Assembly (NCBI RefSeq): GCF_037042905.1
Contig: NC_087245.1
Coordinates: 31,250,001 to 31,314,000 of the forward strand
Length of the DNA stretch: 64,000 nucleotides
Origin: Lytechinus pictus
Taxonomy: Eukaryota
Direction: 5' to 3'
This document shows positions 57,101 through 64,000 of this stretch, piece after piece (positions within the stretch are counted from its first letter, which is position 1; every line of letters starts with the position of its first letter). Made by a program: the position numbers and the translations under genes. Below the pieces are notes generated by a model, which saw only the letters and a program-made list of their open reading frames with translations, was not told where the DNA came from and made no database searches.

Positions 57101-58351
57101 ATACACAAATATTTGTGTGCCTTCTAACATGTCTGCCTCTGGGAAAGTTATATTCCTGAACTATTCCTTCGCTCCCCACATACAGCCTAGCTGTATATAA
57201 TAAAAAAGCTTTGTAGCACTTGCTAAAATCCAGATTTGGAATGCTCCTCGGAGAGCCAGAATTCGATAACTCGAGTATTAAATCATGTATGTTTGGATGT
57301 GGATGATGTATTAAGCGCTAAATATAGGGAAATATTTTTATTCATTATTATCATTAATACTATTAGACTATTATTATTCTATTTAAAATGAATAAAACGG
57401 GGGATTGAGTGAATGGAAGAGCGCAAGAGTTGGCCAAAGAAAAACGGAACGGTGAGTAGGAAAGCTGGCACACCATTCACATAAGCACATTGCTCTTTAT
57501 TTCATTGTAATTGATTGTTTCAATTCATTCCATCAAACTTAAGTGTATCATCGATCTGTTTATTTCCCTAAAACTATAGCAACCGTGTCGGCATCTATGC
57601 ATCAGTATACAAAATTCCGTAATTTTTCCTTTCAACTCAAATCTCGTAAAATTAAGGAAAAACTAAATGATCCCTATTCCCTACGATGGTACATGGATGG
57701 GAAGTATTATGATATCACCATGAAGCCAATTGGTAATGACAATTTACATTCAAGACAATTTTAAATACGTCATAAGCTAAGAGGCGTTTTGTGAACATAT
57801 TTTGTCGTTTGGCAATTTGTCAGATCTGACAACTTTTCTTGATTTCGATTAGCCGATGAACACATGCAATTCTTGTAGTAATGTTGGATAGAACATACTT
57901 TGGCGGATGGTTTTATCGGATAAAACATCCGATGGGTCACGTAATAACGCTTCCCCCGATGAGTTGTGAAAATTGAGAGGATTTCGCAACTTAACAGAAC
58001 AGTAAGTTCTATTGATAATATTGGATAACTGACAAGAGAAAACGCCCTATTGAGCTAAAATATGAATTATACAGCTATTGTTTTGAAATAAGCATTCGTG
58101 GTTTTCTTCCATTTTTCAATCTATCAGGTAGGCGTCTATGCATTGGAGACCGAATTGCTCGGATGCAGATGTTTTTGTTCCTGACCACCTTGATCCGAAG
58201 ATTCGAATTTTCCTTGCCGGATGGCGATGTTCCCGATTTCAACGTCGATGGTGGCAACTTCACCCTTTCCGCAGTGCCCTTCAAAATTATTGTCAGAGAA
58301 GTGGAGAGCAATATGGCCCCGACCGCCGTGCACACACAAATAGAAGATTAA
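48107..58351 (+). CDS. Cytochrome P450, clan 2 (CYP2-like), 8 exons, ~521 aa
   Basis: Exons: 48107-48299, 49132-49305, 50132-50291, 50938-51071, 51664-51899, 52439-52555, 56674-57001, 58128-58351 (1566 nt; the exon 3/4 junction is the least certain). Motifs: N-terminal TM anchor plus [16 protein letters not shown] (C-helix), [16 protein letters not shown] (ExxR), DPERF, and haem motif YGAGRRLCIG. Confidence 0.92.
52895..53124. repeat. 37-bp minisatellite, left part (~6 units)
   Basis: Unit GACGAGAATTGACACCGGTTTGGTGCAAGGGTTGGTT, arranged head-to-tail. Confidence 0.9.
53125..55473. mobile_element. Non-autonomous hAT-like element inserted into the minisatellite
   Basis: Perfect 14-bp TIR CATGGGTGTCGATC / GATCGACACCCATG, with flanks ACGATAAT / ACGAGAAT (8-bp TSD, one mismatch). 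Confidence 0.75.
53267..54341. mobile_element. Nested non-autonomous hAT-like element
   Basis: TIR CAGTGGCGTA / TACGCCACTG, exact 8-bp TSD TGTTCTTG (53259-53266 and 54342-54349), and internal GCGAGCGCGAAGCGCGAGC motifs. Confidence 0.85.
55474..56155. repeat. 37-bp minisatellite, right part (~18 units)
   Basis: Same unit and orientation as 52895-53124. Confidence 0.9.
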
Positions 58352-60518
58352 CTTTTTTCCTTTTGATATTTTTTCGTAACAAAAAATTTAGAAAAAGGGT
58401 GATATTAATATAAAACCCCTTCTTCCTTTTTTCGTATTGTGTTTATGTATTTGTGTTACAGGTGTATCCCACAAAAAGCTTTACCTTTAGGGAATTACGT
58501 TTTCTTTTAACAAATCTGTTCTATATTTATATTATATTTGATGACAAATTATTTTTTATGATTTATATTGAAAAATTATATTTTGTGAAAATGAAAGAAA
58601 ATAAATGATTTATTTCAATGAATGAATTTAATAAAAATATATATATGTCGCAAATATATTTTAGTTCTGTAACCAAGAGCTATTCTTGATCAAATTTTAT
58701 TGTGAAAAGTATGCCTTATTATGTTTATGTTATGATTATTTTGATGATGAAGTTAGACAGCATGTAAGGGGCACTGGGTCACTCCCCTGCGGTCCTCCCC
58801 ATCCTTTTACCGAAAGTTGTACAAGTTTTAAGGTATCTTGTGATGACAGGTGTCCTCTCCCCTTTGAACTTCGGGTAAAGATCGATCAACTTTCTTGTAA
58901 GAATGAAAACCAAGTGGATCAATGGCCTTGTCAGATTTTTGGACAATAAATTGTCGTTTTTCCGATGAAGAAGCCCCTTTTCTCGCGAAACTAATTATAT
59001 TCCCTATTTTCTGTGCCCCACAATGTCCCGTTATGAAATTATACGAAGTTGCAAAACAGATGTAGCTATAGACGCATTACTAATCACAAATCTAATATTT
59101 CGGACTTTTCATGTTTTTTATGATGATAACGTGGTGTAATGGCAATTAAAAATAATTGTAGTGAATAAGTGTTTAAACGTGCACACGTTGGTACCATTAC
59201 AAGCAATACCTTCAGCATCATCTATTCAATACGTGATTAAATGACAATCTAGACAAAATATTCTTTGATCAAGGGCGTAGGGGACCTGCTGACTCGTGTA
59301 GGTGATCGAACACTGGACCTTCTCAAACGCCTAAGTCGACGGCTTGGTCACAAAGCAACTTTTTTAATTGCTTCGGAATTTCCTTCTGTATAATTATTTC
59401 GATAATTCTTAATAATGAAAATAAATGTAGATATATCTATAAAATATTTGAATTGTGATTGCGGTTACATTTTTAGTACTTATAGAGCGTGAGTAGCTAG
59501 AGTGAGAGAAATCTAAAGAGAGGGGTGAACGTGAAAGAAAGATTGCGGGGTTGATTGAACTATCTAATTCCATCACTGTGGGTGTCGATCCGTGTTCATG
59601 GTAGGAGGATGACTGATACATTTTCCCCTTATTAGTCGGTTTTTTAAGTTTTGTTTATTTTTATTTTATTTTATATTTATTTTATTTTAATGTATTTTAT
59701 TTTATTATTTATTTATTTTTATTTATTTATTTATTTTTTTTTTTTTTGGGGGGGGGGGTCAGTGGCTTGGTGAGTCTAAAAGAAATTAGGGGACGTAAAT
59801 GGCACAATTTATATAGCTGCGGGCGAAGCGAGCATGTAAAATTGTCATCTTTTTTATACAAAAAAAAATCTATTGGGGGATAAATTTTGACATGATTTTT
59901 TTTAATGTATCATATTTCAGAGTTTTTCTATCCTTTTTTTTTTTTTTGGGGGGGGGGGTCCATGGCCCTCAATCCACACATGCCATCAAGTGGGGGGTAG
60001 TAAGTCTGGAGTTTAGAGTATGTTAGCTTTATTCATCAACAAGACTAGGTACATATACATGTACATATAAGGACTTTATAAATGCAAAAGCATTGCGCGC
60101 CGGGGCTGAAATTTGAAAAATTAACCTGACTGAATAAGCCATTTTCACTGCATCCTTGTGCTGCACAAGAACATGGAGTACTATTGCCTTCTCAATCTAA
60201 AAATGGCATGACTGCCGTTTGTATGTGTGTTAACGGGCTCTTTCTGGTTTTATTTCCCTTGGATACACTATTTCAAATTTAAATTCTCATTTCAATCTTT
60301 GTTCTCAACTTATTTTATAAACCGGGATAATTAAAGCAGGTCTGAATTAAAGAATACTAACAACAAACTTAAGTGTGTTAGCTTTATTCATCAGAAAATA
60401 TTAATATCAAGAAAAAAAAAGTGACATTCAATAGGTTCATAAAATAAACGGGGCACAGGGGGCACATCCCATGCGCTTGGTCGTTGGGAGTCGCGATTTA
60501 AAAATATATATATATATA

Positions 60519-62178
60519 CAGTGCGTATCAAAAAAAAGTTTACACTTTGAAAAAATCCTGTAAAATTATACATTTGTAATATTTTGAAGATTTTTCCACA
60601 TTTTAACATTGGTACAGATCCATTTAAGCAAATGACAATATAACTGCCGAAAAATATTTCCGCTTGAATGAGCACCACTTACTTTTGAAAAGTTAGTGAA
60701 AAACGATTTGTGCAGAACTTTGAAAATGTTATGCGAATAAAAGTAGACCTTAATCATGAAGGATACATGGAATTTTGCTAGTAAAATTGATTTGAAGATA
60801 TCTTTTGCCTTTTTGTATTTGTTTCCTTGCCCAAAACACTTCAAAGAGTGCATTTTGCCCCACCCCACTCCCCCACACACCGAGGCCATTATGACGATAT
60901 TTGCTTTACACTGAGCTGTGATTTACATGGAATGGCTTAAGCCTGATTTTCATTTTGTTCATAATTGCCAAGCTTGGGAAAAGTGTGGAGAAACAAGTAT
61001 TAAATGAAAAATAAAATGTAAACCCACATTCAATGATAAAAACTTAGTGAAAAAATGCTGGAGATGTCTGATATAAACTTTTGTTCAGATTAAGTTATGT
61101 CCTCAGATCAAGCTGGCACAAAAAGGGTAAAGGTTGTGCTTACTAAGTGTTAAAATTTCAATTTGGGTGGCAAAATTGTTCCAAAATGCTTGAATGTATC
61201 CGTTTTATTTCAATTGACTAAAAGTGCAAGGGAAATGTCTGAGAAATGTTTCGCAGGCAGGGGTGTCGATCCATTTTTCAGATTGGGGGGGGGGGGCAAA
61301 ATCATGAATCAACTTTCCAAAGGCGCTCGATCACACAAAACAAACAGACTCAAACACACACACACACACACATATGCCTATATATATATATATATGCACA
61401 CACACACACACACACACATCTCACCAACAAATTAAATTTTAAAAACTTTAAAAAAATAATAGATGCGAGCGCGAAGCGCGAGCTTAAAATTTTGATATTT
61501 TGATCTGAAAAAAGAAGAAGTTTAATTGACGTTTTTAATAAAGAACAAGAAATATATCCAACAAAAGATTATTGCAAATCGAAGTGGGAGTTCTTTTGAG
61601 GTATAGAACTGAAAACGGGACATTCTATTCACCTATTCAATCATGAAAAGTATGGGTTTTTGCTACAGAAATGATGCGAGCGCGAGCTGAAATTTTTTTA
61701 TATTCTAATCTGAAAACCGGACATTTTGAGCACGATTTTAGATGAAGAACAAGTTGTGTATCTCAATCTCGCTTGCTGATTTCTGTGTAACATTACAATC
61801 TTATTTTATTTTTTGCACATGCGGAATTATTGGGGGGGCAAAACGATATGTTTGCCCCCCAATATTTTCATTGGTGGGGCGGTTGCCCCCCCTGCCCCCC
61901 CCCCCCATGATTGACGCCTCTGTTCGCAGGGTAAGTTTGATTTCGCCCTTTCCCCTTGACACAGCGTGAAAACGAGCATTTCTGCGCAAACAGATTTCTA
62001 CGAGCTTTACAAAAATGGACAGTGCTCACTCAAGTGTAATATTCTGACAAAACTTTTACTTTCATTGGATAGATGAGACCCAAACCCAAGATTATATGTG
62101 GAAAAATTACCCACATGTTGTATATTTTTTAATTCCCAGTGCTTTTTCACAGTGTAAACTTTTTTTTGATACGCACTG
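60519..62178. mobile_element. Tc1/mariner-type non-autonomous element with TA flanks
   Basis: Ends read TA|CAGTGCGTATCAAAAAAAAGTTTACACT ... AGTGTAAACTTTTTTTTGATACGCACTG|TA. Confidence 0.8.
61258..61922. mobile_element. hAT-like element nested in the Tc1/mariner-type element
   Basis: Imperfect TIR CAGGGGTGTCGATC / GATTGACGCCTCTG, with exact 8-bp TSD TTCGCAGG (61250-61257 and 61923-61930). Confidence 0.8.
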
Positions 62179-63499
62179 TATAATCTAAGCAGTTACCTTT
62201 AGTGACCTTTTTTCTTTTTATCACCAATCTGTTTATGAAAGGCATGGTTTCATTCAACAACAATTAATACAAGAAAACTTCAAGAAAAAGAATGATGGTC
62301 ATCATGCGCATACACGCGGCCGTCAATTATCATGATCATCTTGTAGTCCTTTGATCATGATAATCATGATCATTATTTTCATATGATTCACATTATGATG
62401 TCCGGAAATTATCGGGGGATGAAAACACATGCCATCCCTTCTACCTGAAATATTGGGGAGATATATATATCCCATCCCACCCCCACCAAGACCTATGAAT
62501 TTAAGTTTACTTAGTAATTCTATTCTATTTTGTTATGTTCCTTTTTTAGTAGGCCTATTTGCTCTAGGCATATCTCGGCTCTGACTGGTAAACATGTCAA
62601 TTTGCAATAAATAAAACCGGGAGTGCTACACTACAGGCGGTAAGGGTGACTACCACCATGACTTTGAAAGAAGTGAAGAGAAAAAGGAATGGGAATACAA
62701 AAAGAAAGAGAAAAAGGGAAAGGAAGTAGGAGAAATAAGATTTATATTGCCCCAAAGAAGGATTGCCTATGATTTTGAGTGATTTTCGATTCTCGTGTGT
62801 TCTCATGGAATTTTTTTGCTGTCTACGATACCCCTGCCACCCCTCCCTGCCAACATAAGAAGCACACCTAATTTTGTCTGAAGGAGAGCAGCAATAGACA
62901 TTCTACTTTGATCGATGAACAGGCTTAGTCCTACAACATCGTTGTTGTAAACTAAACTAAACTAAAGAACACGCCAAAACTGGTTTAGATTTGGTGACAG
63001 AGTCTACTTTTCAAAATTGCTTTAGTAGCTCAAAGACACCATGAAACCTTAACCCGCGCCGAAGATATGATTTGAAATCAAAAAAGTTATCATGGAATCT
63101 AACACCTCAGAACTTCTCATGAAAGCAGATGACTGCGAAATATTTGGATGGATTTTTGATTATGCTGCATGGATGGCATGGGACGAATTCCAGCGAAATC
63201 ATACCGTCGATTCCAGAACAGAAAGGTCATTCATGACGGGTACGTTAAAGCGCGCGGAGGGCGGGGTGTTGAGGGAGGCGCCAAGGCCGGAGGAACGCCC
63301 GAGTGCCTGGCCTGAGTTACGGCAGTATGCAAGGTCCTAATCCCATCTGCCACGACTGGTGCGGGGCTGAGCCAGGCCCAGGGTGACCAGATTTCACAAA
63401 ATGAAATACGGGACAATCGAAAAAGCACGCTAGCTGCACGAGCGGATCTACCGAGCCAACAAAGAAGGCTAATGTTAGACTTGTAAAAAATATATATAT

Positions 63500-64000
63500 A
63501 AAGGAAGGGAAGGTGAACGAAAGAATGAAGGAGAGGAAGAAGAGATGAGAGAAAAAGAGACAAATTGAGACTTTAATAAGAGGAAAGAAAAAAAATGAAG
63601 GGCAAAATGAAGGAAAAAATAAAACAAGTTAGAATAAAAGCAGGATAAATGAAAGATTGGGAAAAGGTGTCCATCATTCTTTGAAATGAATAAAGAAAGG
63701 AAGGAAGGGAAGATGAAGAAATGTGTGAAAGAAAAAAATAAAGGAGAGAAAGGAGGAAGAAAGAAAGAAGGAAGGAAGGAAAGAAAAATGTTTCATTCAT
63801 TCTTTCAAAGAAAGAAAGAAGAAAACAGGAAGGAAGGAAAAGAATATAAGGGAAAAAATAAGATTAAGAAGGAAAAAAGAAAATGAAGAATGAAAGAAAA
63901 GATGAAAGAGAGGGAGGAAAGAATGAAAAAAAGAACGAAAATAATGGAAGGAGAGAAAGAACGAAAAGAAAAAGGAGAGGAAGGGAGAAGGAAGGAAAAG
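63500..64000. repeat. Purine-rich (GAA/GGAA) low-complexity tract
   Basis: Directly visible. Confidence 0.8.

Overview
AT-rich, intron-rich animal genomic DNA, most likely an echinoderm such as a sea urchin (inferred from a histone H4 fragment with Cys at position 73 and from the repeat landscape). I assembled three multi-exon genes by hand from splice signals and reading frame. (1) An uncharacterised coiled-coil gene on the minus strand (at least 10 exons, 726-11712, running off the left edge) that contains a clear U12-type AT-AC intron. (2) A complete 26-exon VPS11 (14534-43621, +, ~1159 aa) with an unusual ~250-aa Pro/Gln-rich C-terminal tail carrying five NPF motifs. (3) A complete 8-exon clan-2 (CYP2-like) cytochrome P450 (48107-58351, +, ~521 aa) with a non-canonical I-helix. 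The most notable non-coding structures are a 1.27-kb near-perfect palindrome in VPS11 intron 9 with a Penelope-type minimal hammerhead ribozyme core in each arm, a four-fold tandem copy of VPS11 exon 15, six tandem copies of one VPS11 splice acceptor, an intronic H4 fragment, and several nested non-autonomous DNA transposons with exact 8-bp TSDs. Most ORFs in the supplied track are microsatellite or antisense noise. All coordinates were read by eye; no searches or computations were run.
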